Of a DNA stretch of 64,000 bases, positions 25,760-39,802 are shown piece by piece (positions within the stretch are counted from its first letter, which is position 1; every line of letters begins with the position of its first letter). The stretch lies in NCBI RefSeq assembly GCF_009914755.1, contig NC_060940.1; one strand, written 5' to 3'. The position numbers and the translations under genes were made by a program. Under the pieces are notes generated by a model. That model worked only from the letters and a program-made list of their open reading frames with translations. It had not been told where the DNA came from and did no database searches. The DNA comes from the human T2T-CHM13v2.0 reference genome, Homo sapiens.

Positions 25760-26413
25760 GGTAGTGACATTATCTGGTTAATTTTTAAAAAGTATCATTT
25801 CTGGCTGTTCCATGGACCAAATCAAGCAGGGGAAAAGTGGACTGAGAGACTCCAGTCAGGGTCACCAAGGAACACATAGCTGGACAATATAACCCCTTAA
25901 CACAACTGAGCTTACAACACCTAGGATTCAGAGTTTGAGCTGCTTTGCCCAGAGCAATATCTGTCTAGAAGTGATCATCCTTCTACTGCAGGAGCAGGAG
26001 ATTGACAAGCCAGTACTTAGAAAGGCCAGAATGACTAGGTTCTGAATTCAGGAAGAGGGAGTGGATAGGGGGCCATGAAAAGGAGAGGGCAGCCATTATC
26101 ATTTCCATTAATTAAAAGAAGAAAAGGAAATTAAATGAAGTAGGCATCTGATTCAAGAAGTTAGGAAAGGAAATGAAAGCACATTGTGAGACTCTATGCT
26201 AGCTCACTGGAAAATCTTGATGAAATGGATGCTTTTCTGGGAAATAATTACTAAAATTCCTTCAAGAAATAATATAATCTTAAATAAAGTAGCAGAGGGA
26301 TTAAGAACAGGCTCTGCCATCAGATGGATATGGGTTTTAATCCATTCTCCATGTCTTACTAACTGTGGGAATTTGGGCAACAGTCAATATCTTCACTTCT
26401 AAAACAGGGATAG

Positions 26414-26585
26414 ACTGGATACAGTGGCTCACATTTGTAATCCCAGAATTTTGGGAGGACAAGTTGGGAGGATCCCTTGACCCCAGAGGTTTGCAGCTGC
26501 AGTGAGCTATGATGGTGCCACTGAACTCCAGCCTGGGTGACAGAGTGAGACCCTGTCTCAAAAGAAATAAGTAAGTAAATAAATA
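26414..26585 (+). mobile_element. Alu monomer (FRAM/FAM-like)
   Basis: Monomeric Alu ending gagtgagaccctgtctc with an A-rich tail. Confidence 0.75.
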
Positions 26586-26920
26586 ATCAGGGATAAAGCA
26601 GTCCCTGCCTAGAAATAAATGTAACTAGAAATGTGCATAACATATATAGAGAAATAACAAAAGTTCATCAAGGAAATTTAAAACAAGATTAGATAAATGA
26701 AATTAAGGAATGATTATTTAATAATGTCAGTTCTTCCTAAATAAATGCATGGGTTTGATGCAGTTCTAATAAAAATCCCCTATTAATTTTATTTTTGTTA
26801 TATATAATTTCCTTTGATGAGCAGGGGAAGAATTTCACAAAATGATTATAAGATTTGACTAGAAGAATGAATGGACAAAATAGCCAAGAACAATTTGAAA
26901 GTCAAGAATAATTAGGTAAC

Positions 26921-27278
26921 TCTATTATTCCGTTTTCATGCCGCTGATAAAGACATACCCAAGACCGGGCAATTTACAAAAGAAAGAGGTTGAATGGGCT
27001 TACAGTTCCACATGGCCTGGGGGGGCCTCATAATCATGGCAGAATGCAAACAGGAGCAAGTCACATCTTACATGGATGGCAGTAGGCAAAGAGAGAGAGC
27101 TTGTGCAGGGAAAATCCCCTTTTTAAAAACCATCAGGTCTCATAAGACTTATTCACTATCATGAGAACAGCATGGGAAAGACCTGCCCCCATTATTCAAT
27201 TACTTCCTACTGGGTTCCTCCCATAACACATGGGTATTCAAGATGAGATTTGGGTGGGGACACAGCCAAACCATATCA
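26921..27278 (-). mobile_element. THE1B-like solo LTR inserted in an old L1M fragment
   Basis: Ends gggtggggacacagccaaaccatatca, the reverse complement of the THE1 5' end. Near-TSD GTAAC/GGAAC. Confidence 0.9.
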
Positions 27279-27949
27279 GGAACACTCTGAATATAGGTAT
27301 TAAAATGGACTATAATGGTTCAAAGATTAAAATAGCATAGTAGATAAATACTGTAACATAGATTAATATGATAAATATTGTAGCATAAACTCATGTGCTC
27401 TATGGATCTATGGGACTATGTTACAATAATTGCAACATAAACAATGGAATAGTACAGATAGCTCCAAGATAATCTTTCATGTACCTGACTTTATTAGATA
27501 ATAAAAGTGGTCATACAAGTCTATGGAAAAAGAAGTAGCATTCAATAAATGACCCTGGGACAATTGATTAATATTTGAAGGGAATAAATAAAGCAAAATT
27601 AAATCTTCATCTCATACTATAGATCAATGTAAATTCCAGATTAATTAAAGAGTACAAAATAATTTAAAAGTTAATGAAAACTAATAAACAATCCAGACAA
27701 ACTTCTGGCACCTTGATCACTTAATCACAGGCATCTAATCGTTTGCTGTATCTGTGCTGGAAATTACAGAAGGCTGATACCCATATATTTGAAACTTTAA
27801 AATGTTTATACTCAATATAGCATGGATGAAACAAAATTCAAAAATGGATATTTGGTGGGTGTTGGGGATCAATATAAAAGGAAATAAATATTTACTTAAT
27901 CTGATCAAGGAGCAGTAGAGGGAAAAGGGACCTTTAAGAATAAGAAATA

Positions 27950-28298
<349 letters not shown>

Positions 28299-29772
28299 TT
28301 AATTTAAAAATAAGAGATTATTATGCATAACTTCATGCTGATAAATTAGAAAATGTTGATGAAATAGATTATTAAAAAACATATATGGCCAAAAAAATGA
28401 TTCCAAAAGAAGAAATAAAAAATCTGAGTAAAGCCATGGAGAAAACCGAAAAATTATTCAAAGAATGGCAGTGGGCTCAGGTGGTTTCATGGATGAAATC
28501 ATAATGTTGTTTGGAAAAACTGCTGGGAGTTATTGGAATCTATACTTCAATGTCTCATCCACAAGGCATCTTGGGGACCCATGGGAGCTAGGCAGGTGAC
28601 TAAGGAGCGATCTTCAGGCAGAAGATCATAAGGTGGGCTGGGGACTGCAGTAAACAGAGGCAGGCATGCTTCATCAAATGCAGATGCTACTCTCCTCCAA
28701 CCAATTGCCAGCAGGAATGTGGGCCCACATTCAATTCATTTCAGTGTAAATTGCAAAACCAGGCAGGCAAAACAAAACATCAGAACCTGTGAGCTATCAG
28801 CTTGCACATTCTCCTGAAGATGCTAAAAATGTGGAAGGGTTTAGGGAAAGGCAACCCCCATAACATTATCTGGAATCACTTGTGAAGCTGTTTCTCCAAA
28901 GAGATAATTACCCTAGTCAGTCCTTCAAGGTGGGACATTTTGCTCAATAACTTTGGGTCAGTACTGAGGCAAGCCAACTGAGTAACAAAATATAAATATT
29001 TTACCTTGTGATGGGTAGCAAAAAGGAAAAAAAAAATAAACATTTTACCTTTTACTTCAATCTGAGCACTTCTCAGATTATGGCAAAGGGAGGCCAGGCT
29101 ATTTTGAACAAATAATTCATTCAACAAATAATTATCGAGCACCCACTATGTGTTATGTGCTATTATGAGTATAGGGCTAGTGCAGTGAATAAAATAGAAA
29201 AATTCTCTACCCTATGGAACTTTATGCTTTAGAGACTGAAAAAAATAAACAAGAAGAACCCAGGGTCTTCCAGTCATTTTCAATGTTAAGAACCTTACTT
29301 TAGTAATTAGAACTCATGCGCAGGCATTCAAAAGCCCCATCTGGAGGCAATAGAACGTCTGGCACTTGCTTCAGAATGATAGTTAATGGAGCATAGACAT
29401 GACAAGATTGGCCATGAGTCAGTCACTGTTGCAGCCAGCAATGGGTACAAGGGCATCCATTCATTCTGCTTTTCTGCCCGTTTTGTATATGTTTGGGAAT
29501 TTCTCATAACAAAAATATTTTTAAAGTCCAATTTAGTTGAAATCAATACTACAACCTCCCATTCCATTCAAAGCCTTTCCCTCTGTCCAGTTCTAGCCTG
29601 ACCATCAGTGGAGAGCCTCCACTAGTGGGAATGAGAGGAGGGATGTCCTCTCATTCCCCTTCTTCTGTTGAAGGTTCCCCTGGGGCTGAAATGGGAGGGT
29701 GGCATCTGGGGTTTGGTTGAGGGTGAGAGGTGAAAGTCTTACTTAGATGGTGCAATCAGTGGTTCTATTTTG

Positions 29773-30071
29773 TTTTGTTGTTATTTTGTTTTTTGAGACA
29801 GAGTCTTGCTCTGTCACCCAGGCTGGAGTGCAGTGCCGTGATCTTGGCTCACTGCAACCTCCACCTCCTGAGTTCAAGCGATTCTCCTGCATCAGCCGCC
29901 CTAGTAGCTGAGATTACAGGTGTGTGCCACCATGCCCAGCTAATTTTTTTGTAGTTTTAGTAGAGACAGGGTTTCCCATGTTGGCCAGAATGGTCTCACA
30001 GCCCCAAGTGATCTGCCAGCCTCGGCCTCCCAAAGTGCTGGGATTACAGGTGTGAGCCACCGTGCCCAGCC
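29773..30071 (-). mobile_element. AluS
   Basis: Full dimer with TSD GTGGTTCTATTTTG at 29759-29772 and 30073-30086. Confidence 0.95.
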
Positions 30072-31707
30072 TGTGGTTCTATTTTGGCTGCTGCTCTCTG
30101 ACATCCATATGCTGTTCTCTTGTGGGCATGGTCCCATGAAGAGAGCTTGAGCTCAGTTACTTTCTCAGCATCTACTTGGTACTCAGCACATCTCTGCTAC
30201 ACGAAATCCTGGAAGTGTAAGCTGCTTTGTGATGCTCTCTCTTCCTGCTCTGCAGTGGAAGGTGGTTCCAACCAACCCCTTGCTATCATAGTTCTACAGG
30301 TAGAATCCAGGCACCAGCCTCCATGTTCAGGTGTTCATGTGTGCCCCAAACACCAGACAACACTTGCCAATTTCTCCCCAGTAGTCCCACACAATGTTCT
30401 GCTGGAACCCACTGCTCTCTTCTAGGTACCAACCTAGAGTCTCCACAGGTTAGCAAGCATCAGGGAGTAGCATGTCAGTCTCCCCTAATCTCTCCAACAA
30501 GCTGATTGGGCCTCCTCTTACTTGCTTGGTGGGCGAGAGCTACTCCCTCTTCTATCATGGGGATGGAATAGGAAAAATCCAAAGTACCTTCCTCTCCTAG
30601 CCATTTCTCCCACCTCATTGAACTCCAGCCTTCAGTCTAGATCATTGAGATGGGAGTCATCAGAGCGAGGACCACAGAACACACTTGGCCATCTCTTGGT
30701 AAATGCTAGGGAGTCATGTGGCAGCTCTTTGGCTCTGGATGTGGGAATATTTCATGCTTATTGTTTTCACCTTTGAGGATTTGGCCAACATTCCAAGCCA
30801 CTAGGAAGAGCCCCAAACTACATTCTATTTCACTTGATTTTAGGAAGGTTTCCAAAATTTTAGGAAGGTTTTAAGCTTCTTAGTTGTCTATTTGAAGTAT
30901 TTATATCATCTCTCAATAAAGACACCTTTTGAATCTCTAACTGCCTCTTGGGTCATTTTGTTTTCCTCTTGTGTAAGTCTCAGGGAAACTGATTAACCAC
31001 GTAATAGCCGTTTGTTATTCTGAAGGTGGCAGATTAAAGCAAATCTCATTAAGAGCCAGCTTCTTTGGCATCATACTTCTATTTATAGCTGCAGCTGACA
31101 TTTATTGAACACCTAATACGTGCCAGGCACTGTGTTAAGCACTTATGTGTATTATCATATGTAATCCTCATTACACAAGAAGGAGGTTTCATTGACCAAA
31201 GATATAGCTTCTATTACTATCCATATTTTATTTATGAGGAAAAAGTGACACTGAAAGATTACATTTCTCAAGGTCACACAACAGATGATGCAATTAGGAC
31301 TCTAACCCAAGCTTCTCTAGCCCCACATCCCATTTTCTCTACCAATACTATCTGCCATGCTCTAAGTGCAGGGTCTGATGCTTCCATAGATTCAAGTTTT
31401 TCTCCTAAAACCTGTTCTGGATTAGAGATGAACAAAGGTTCTTTCTCCTGATTCTTCTGGCAAAGTTTGTCCAAGACACAATTTGGGGGATCTTTATCCT
31501 GAGTCTGGTTTCTAAAGTCAAGTCTTGGGGAAATGGCCAATTTCACAACCTCCCCACCTCATACCTCAATCTAGGTGGTGAGAAGAAGAGCAAAGCCCTA
31601 GGGAAGCTTGGAGCCAAAGAGATCTGCTATTTTCTTGCCATCTTCCGGGTCTCTGCTACAATTTCTTGTCCCATGGAGCACAGACAAGGCACTGATGTAC
31701 CACTAAG

Positions 31708-31738
<31 letters not shown>

Positions 31739-33284
31739 TGACCACATCATTCCCTGCTTAAAACCTCTCAATGTTCCCCATAGTTTTCAGGAAACAGTCA
31801 TATTCCTTAACATCCAAGACATCAATACAATATCTCTTGCCTGAGTTAATGCCACTGCCTCCTAATTCATCTCCAAGCCTTTATTCTTGCCTGTGCCATC
31901 CACTCTGTGGCTAGAGTGAAATCTCTGAACTGTAAATCAGATCTTGTTAACTCCCTTGCTTAAAATTGTGCAATGGCTTCACCCTGCAAAAGAATTAACA
32001 CCCAAACTTCATTTAACCTGGCCAACTAGGGCTATACAGTCTGGCCACAGTCCACTTCCCTAACCTGATTTTCTACCATTTTTCCTCTTGTTTACCATTT
32101 GTCTACCACTTGACCATTTCTGTTTTTCAACAAGCTGCATTCATGATCCTTCCACTGGGGATACCTTTTTCTAGATCCTCTTAGAACTGACTCCTCCTTC
32201 ACTATTGACTTTTCTCAACTCAGAAACCACCTCCCCAGAATGCCCCACTGACCATGCTACCTAAAGCAGTCCTTCTACTGCCAAGATTGGTCATATTGTA
32301 TCACATTGCTTACGTTTATTTTTTGCAGCATTTTTCACTACCTGCATTTTTTTGTTTGTTTTGTTGGTTGGTTTCATGTTTACTGGCTATCTCCCTCACC
32401 TAAAATATAAGCTCTTTCAAAGCAGGGAATCTATCTGTCTTGCTCATTGCTGTACCCTTAGAACCTACAGCAGTGCTTAGCAAATAAGTAGATCTTAATA
32501 GATACTTGTTGAGTGACCTAACATGGCTAAAAGTCCCTGAATAATTTGGAATCTGTTTATCTGTAGTGCACAGTGAATAGCTATTATTCTTTACTTCCTA
32601 CCATTTATCCAACCTTCTTCTGGTAACAGCACCCTCGATTTTCTCTAAAACATCATCCTTTATGCTACTGTCCATCCACATGGATTAAAATAAGGCCAGT
32701 TTTCCTTCCTATATGCCCAGAGATTGGAAAGGAAGCCCAAACCTAGAAATCAGTGAATTCCATTTTGTGTCCATTATGATTGGTTCAGGTGGGTATGAAC
32801 TAAATGAGTCAATGAGAAAGCAGCCCCAAGACATTTACTGTAACTGTTGGTGGAGAGATGTCCTCTTTCTCCTAGGATTGCTCAGCTGGTAAGATGCAAG
32901 CCAGGAGCTCTTGGTGCTTGAGAAGACAGCCTGCTAAGTGCAGAGGGGGGAGGTCTGAGATGGAGAGAGATGGACCCCAGAAGCTATAGATATCTACCTT
33001 TGGACTTTTAAGTTACATATATTAATTGATTACTTCTGTTTGTCTTATATACTTTAAGTTGGATTTCTGTTAACTGTAACTAGAAGCTTATGACCAATAG
33101 GCTACCTCTCTAATTTCATGTCTCCTTGCCTGAATAAATTAGGAATTGTGCTCACCTGCTAAACTTGAAAAGGGGTGAAATACGTGAAAGAGTCTGTTTT
33201 CATCATGTAATGAGAATTGTTGAGATAAAAGCTTTTGGCCTGTAGTAGTAGCGCCATAATGCTATCAAGGACTCTGGCTTCTTT

Positions 33285-33566
33285 CAGTATATCTCTGTTG
33301 CCAAGGCTGGAGTGCAATGATATGGGATTATAGCTGACTGCAGCCTCCATGTCCAGGGCTCCAGTGATCTTCCCACCTTGGCCTCCCAAGTAATCAGGAT
33401 TACAGACATACTCCAGCATACCTGGCAAAAAAAAAAAAAAGAAAACTTTTAGAGATGAGAGGGGATATTGCTATGTTGCTCAGGATGTACTCCTGGGCTC
33501 AAGTGAGCCTCCCACCTCAGCCTCCTGAATAGTTGGCATTACAAGCATGAGCCACCACACCTGGAT
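33285..33566 (-). mobile_element. AluJ (diverged)
   Basis: Dimer on the minus strand; its central linker is anomalously A-rich on the + strand. Confidence 0.8.
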
Positions 33567-33774
33567 CAGGCTTCTTCTGTTTTATTTTCAGGTATCCTAA
33601 ACATGTGCTTGTTACCTTATGCAACAACATGGCTGATCTGACTCCACCATTAAGTCCTAGTTCCGGGTAGGAAGAAAGCCAAGAGCAAAAGGTGTCACCT
33701 ACGTGCTAGCAAAGTCTGTCCAAAAACCTGCTGGGAGGAGATTTTACAGAAAACCCACAGAACAAGTTTGGTTT

Positions 33775-34240
33775 TCCCTTTCTTAAATTTTGGTAAAATA
33801 TATATAATATTTGCCATTGTAAATGTTTGTAAGCATACAATTCAGTGGCATTAATCACATTCACAAGGTTATGCAATCATCACCTCTATTTCTAAAATTG
33901 TTTCATATATCTAACAAAAATTCTGTAACTATTAAGCAATAACTCCTCATTCCTGTCTCCTCTCAGCCCCTGATAAACTCTAATCTACTGTCTGTCTCTG
34001 TGCACTTGCCTGTTTACGTACCTCATATAAATGGAATCATGCCATATTTGTCCTTTTGCATCGGGCTTATTTTGTTTAGCACAATGTCTTCAAGATTCAT
34101 CCATGTTGTGACATGTATCTGAACTTCACTCTTTTTATGGCTGAATAATATTCCACTCTATGTATATACCACATTATGTTTATCCATTTGTCTGTTGACG
34201 AATACTTGGGTTGTTCTCACCTTTTAGCCATTATCTACAC
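33775..34240 (-). mobile_element. L1MB-like 3' end fragment
   Basis: catacaattcagtggcattaatcacattcaca...tatggctgaataatattccact. Confidence 0.75.
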
Positions 34241-34459
34241 TGCAATTTTTGATTACATTGTATCAGTCAGAATTTTATGACAAAACCATCCTACTCTCTG
34301 AGGAAAACTGAACAATGTAACTTTATTTCAGCTAGAGAGAGTGTCCCCAGTCACAATTGGAGTCTTATGTAAGAAGAAATAAGGAAAGCCTACTGGGTAA
34401 GTAACTAGAAGATTCTGTAACAATCCACTTTTTTTTGCCAGCAAATATCATTATTTGAA

Positions 34460-34822
34460 AAATATATATTTAGAGGGTACAAATGCAGTTTTCTTTCATG
34501 CGTATATTGCATAGGGGTGAAGTAGTGTACCCATCACCCAAATAGTAGTGTACCCATCACCCAAATAGTAAATATTGTACCCAATAGGTAATTTTTTAGC
34601 CCTCACCCCCCTCCTACCCTCTTTTGGAGTCTCCAAAGTCTATTTTTTCTACTTTGTATGTCCATATGTACGCATTGTTTAACTCCTACTTGTAAGTGAG
34701 AACATGTAGCATTAGGCTTTCTGTTTCTGAGTTATTTTAGTGAGGGTAATGACCTCCAATTTTATCCATATTGCTGCAAAAGACATAATTTCATTCTTTT
34801 TTGTGGATGCATAGTATTCTAT

Positions 34823-34870
<48 letters not shown>

Positions 34871-35590
34871 TATATATATCACGTTTTCCTTATCCAATCC
34901 TCCATTAATGGACACTTTGGTTTACTTCACATTTTTGTATTGTGAATAGTGCTGCAAAAAACACACAAGTGTGGGTATCTTTTTGATATAATTATTTATT
35001 TCCCTTTGAGTATATACCCAGTATACCCAGTAGTGGGATTGCTGATTGAACAGTAGAATAGTAGTCCTATTTTTAGCTCTTTAAGAAATCTTTTTTTCTT
35101 TTCTTTTTTTTTTTTTTAAGACAGAGTCTTGCTCTGTCATCCAGGCTGGGGTGCAGTATCGCAATCTCAGCTCACTGCAGCCTCTCTGCCTTCTGAGTTC
35201 AAGTGATTCTCTTGCCTCAGCATCCCAAGAAGCCGGCACTACAAGCACATGCCACCACACCTGGATAATTTTTGTATTTTTAGTAGAGATGGGGCTTCAC
35301 CATGTTGGCCAGGCTGGTCTCAAACTCCTGACCTCAAGTGATCCACATGCCTCGGCCTCCCAAAGTGCTGGGATTATAGGCGTGAGCCACTGCGCCCAGC
35401 CGAGATATTTTTATACTGTTTTCCATAGAGGCTGTACTAATTTACATTCCCACCAACAGTATGTAAGCATTTCCTTTCCTCTGCATCCTCACCAACATCT
35501 GTTATTTTTTGACTTTTTAATAATAGCCATTCTAACTGGAAAAAGATGATACCCCATTGTGGTTTTAATTTGCTTTTCTCTGATAATTAG
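34460..35590 (-). mobile_element. L1MA-like 3' fragment, interrupted by (TA)n at ~34826-34880 and an AluS at 35090-35401
   Basis: gtacccatcacccaaatagt...gtaagtgagaacatg...ctaatttacattcccaccaacagt...taatagccattctaactgg. Confidence 0.8.
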
Positions 35591-36727
35591 TCAGAAAATG
35601 TCATTCTATACATAGAATACATTTATCTTTACCCAAAGGACATCACCCCCAAAGTCTCATCCACGTAAAAGGTAAGATTTCTGGGCAGCTTGCAGCCCTC
35701 TACAGCAGGTTTGGGTGTGTCCTCTCTTGGTCTAAACTAAAAGACAATTTACTTGCTTCCAGCACATCCATCATTTAATTGTGCAGAAGGAGCCACATAA
35801 TAAAAAAAAAACTCCTTTTAAAAGCAGAGACTAAAGTACACACAGCAGTCACACATGTATAGAAGTGATCAACTGAGCAAGAATAATATTTGTCTTTCCT
35901 AAGAATGGAAGACTTTCCTGGCTGGCAAATCTGTTCCCTTTTCAGAGAGAAACTTCCTTATTCATTACTTTTCATCACCCTACTCTCTGCCCCCTGGAAG
36001 GTTCTTCTGTGTCCATCTCTCTCCCTAGATTCATCTGAGGTGGAATTGGAAAGGACAAGCTTCTTGTTGGGCTCAAGGATCTTTTAGGAGTTTAGCTGTT
36101 TAGGGATTTAATAGTCTCAGGTTGCTATGTATCAAGCTTGGGAACTGTTTGGGAATGTAGTTCCTTACTATTCCTCCTTGTTGTCTTAGGTAGCATTCCC
36201 TAGAAGCAGAGCCTAAGGCAGACATTTGGATGCAAAAGACTTATTGAGAAAGTAACCTTTAGGAAAAACCCCAAGGGAGTATGGGAACAAGCATAAGAAA
36301 AGGCAATGATTCTCCAGTTGTGGTTTCCTAAAGAGCAGCATTAATACCTCTTGAGAACTTGCTGAAAATGAACATCTTCAAGCACCACCCACCTTGGAAA
36401 CTTTGAGGGTGGAGCCCAATAATGTCTCATTCAACAAGCCTTCTAAGCGACTCTAATGCACACTATGGTTTGGCAACCATAGAGGATGGAGATGAAGCCC
36501 AACGAGGATGTGGTAGTCTTGGCCTGATCATCGGAAGACTCTAGAGCATAAATTGTATCTCAGAGTTGTCCCTGCCTCTGGGAAGAGGCCAGACTTTTGC
36601 ACCCTTGTATCTGACTGCAGGGAGAAGGGCTCTAATTCCTCAGGAGAGGCAGCTCCCATCAGCTGAGACCAATTATCCCTGGAAGGGGCAGCTGTGGGTT
36701 AGAAAGGTCAGGGCTAGAGGTGTATAA

Positions 36728-37212
<485 letters not shown>

Positions 37213-39157
37213 TGCAATTGCTCTTATTGGTCCAATTGTCTCTGTCCTCTTCATGAGACTAAGAGTTTCAAGTGATCAAGAGCAATCTCTTTCCTGCTTG
37301 TTATTTGCTCATCAGTGCCTGTCACAGGTGTAAATCTTAATAATTACTTATGCAGTTAGTTGATTAAACAAATACTATTTAAATGCCTACTATATCCTGA
37401 GCACTATTCTAGGGTCTGATAATTTAGATTTGAACAAGACAATGCACCTGTTCTCATGGAGTTATTTGGCTTTAGTTGGGAAGATGACAATAAGCACAAA
37501 AGTATATATGTACATATATACAGTATAATGTCAGATATTGATAAATGCTATGAAGAAAAACAAAGCAGAGTGAGAGTATAGAGAGAAGTATGGGGTGTTA
37601 TTTTTAGATAGAGCAGTTAAAGAATTCTCTAAGAAGGTGACATTTGAGCTGAGGTATGAATGAAGTGAGGGATTGAACCATGACAATATCTAGTGGCAGC
37701 AATTTGTGTGTAAATTCAAAATTATTTTAAAATAAATGTTTCTTACATATAAAGTATATTCAGGGAAGAGCATTCTCAGCACAGGAAATCAATGGGTGAG
37801 TCACAGGAAACACCTGGCATTTCTGTATCAATAAAATAGGAGGTAGTTGGAGGAGAAGGACAGGTGGCACAGTGCTTACTGTTTTTATTTATTTTTGAAT
37901 TAACTTTAAACTTTTATCAAAACATACATGTATAAGATTTTTAAAATCAGATAGAAGTGGCTGTAGTGAAAAACAACTGTTCTGGTCCCATCCTGTTCAT
38001 TCTCATTACTCATTTCATTTTATTTTAGTTCATTTCACCTCAACCTCTCTTCTTCTCTTCTCCAAATATAGATTAGAATATTTTTATTTTTATATTGGTT
38101 ATCTTTAATTTTCAATGACATACCAGATACTCTAGATCTCCTTTTATCAACTCTAGAAGTATATCTTGTCTATTCTCTTTGTATAATAATATCAGGATGT
38201 TACATCCTACCATTTCCCTCCTTCTACCTCCAATTTCTATCACTGTCTAGAGAGTAGAAACATAACTTCATGTAATTGGGTTCAAAGAGAGAATAGAGAA
38301 AGAAGAGAGAATAGAGAATAGAGAAAGAGAGAGAATACTGAAAGAAGGTTAACAAGACTGAAGTTGAAATAATGATGTGTGAATGTTTTGTAAGCATATT
38401 TGGTTTTTAATGCTTTTTTCTATAGGTTGAATCTAAAAGTAGAAAACTCATAACAAGGCTATGTGTGAACATCAAGAGAGAATTCAAGATGGCGGGGATG
38501 ACACTCTTTAGTCCATGTGTGCCTGGTTTTCATCATCTCCTTGACTTACACACATGTGGGTGCCTTTACCTCTGAAGACTTTTTCTCTTCTAACTGATGA
38601 TGCTCCATTCTCTTCTGACAAAAGGTAAAGCTGGTTTGGTACCACTGACACCCAGGTTAGTTGGGGTCCAATATCTTCTAAGCCCCATATCCTGCCATGT
38701 TGTCTTCTCCTTCGTGGTCACATTTTACTGCTGATCCCATGGACATCACTGGAGTGGTGCCACAAGTAGATCACATAGACTTTTCACAGAAGTCTTCTGA
38801 GGTATCACAGAATTTCCCCCTTTTCTAAGAACTATCCTCCCACAACTCACAGGGGCTGGTCCTGATGGCTGCGTTTATAGTACATGACCCTGAATCGTTG
38901 GCCACAGCTGCATGGACCAGGAAGTGGCAAGCAACATAAGCTAGGCTGATCAGGTTGTCTCTCCCGGAAATTTTGAATTAGGACTAAAACTTCCCAGTTT
39001 AGTCTGGGTGGGTTTCTTAAATAGAGATGACATAAGAACTCAAAATCTAGCTTCTATTTCAAGGATCAAAGAATAGATGAAGCAAAACAATTTTTCAACT
39101 AAAAATATGAAAAGAGGCAGAGATGCAAAATGAAGTGACTGTCAAGACTCCTGATGG

Positions 39158-39195
<38 letters not shown>

Positions 39196-39783
39196 GTTCC
39201 AGCTCCCTGCCAAGGCCTGATTGAACCTCTGCCCTGTGGTTCCTTGAAACATCGTCATATTCTTGTACTAAATTCCCCATTTTCTTAAGCTAGCTCTGGT
39301 AAGTTTTTGCCATTTACAGTCAAAGTGAACTCACTAATAAAATATTCCCAACTGCATAATCTTCTCCCTGGGGGATGGGAATCATATCTTTGTATTCTCC
39401 AAGGTGCTGAGCACATAGGGGAATGCCTTGCACATAGTAGGCACTCGAAAAGCATCTGTTGAATTGAAGCAACTGAGAGTACTCCTTCCTAAATGACACA
39501 ACCATTTACAGGGATCACTGACCCCTCCAGATGTTATGAGAAGATGGACAGGAAAAAGCATAAATAGATACACCGTGCCAACTACTTCACTAGCTGACAG
39601 CCCAATAGAAGAAAACAAAAGTCTTAATAAGAGAATCAGACATCAGTTGCAAGATGTCTGAATGTCTCCTAGTCTTCTGCCAGATAAGTGGGATCAGAAA
39701 GGGCTATTAGTAAACAAGAGTCTAGCTCCAGCCCGCCCTGGAGAGAGCTCTGAATCTCTTGGGTCCCTCATTGATCTGTTGAA

Positions 39784-39802
39784 AGAGCCCTCTAGTGGTG
39801 AA
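39784..39802 (-). promoter_or_regulatory. Candidate CTCF site
   Basis: The minus strand reads CACCACTAGAGGGCTC, close to the CCAC(C/T)AG(A/G)GGGC core. Confidence 0.5.

Noticed and set aside
34521-34566. 23-bp tandem duplication agtagtgtacccatcacccaaat
   Set aside because: A small slippage event inside an L1 relic, with no functional cue.
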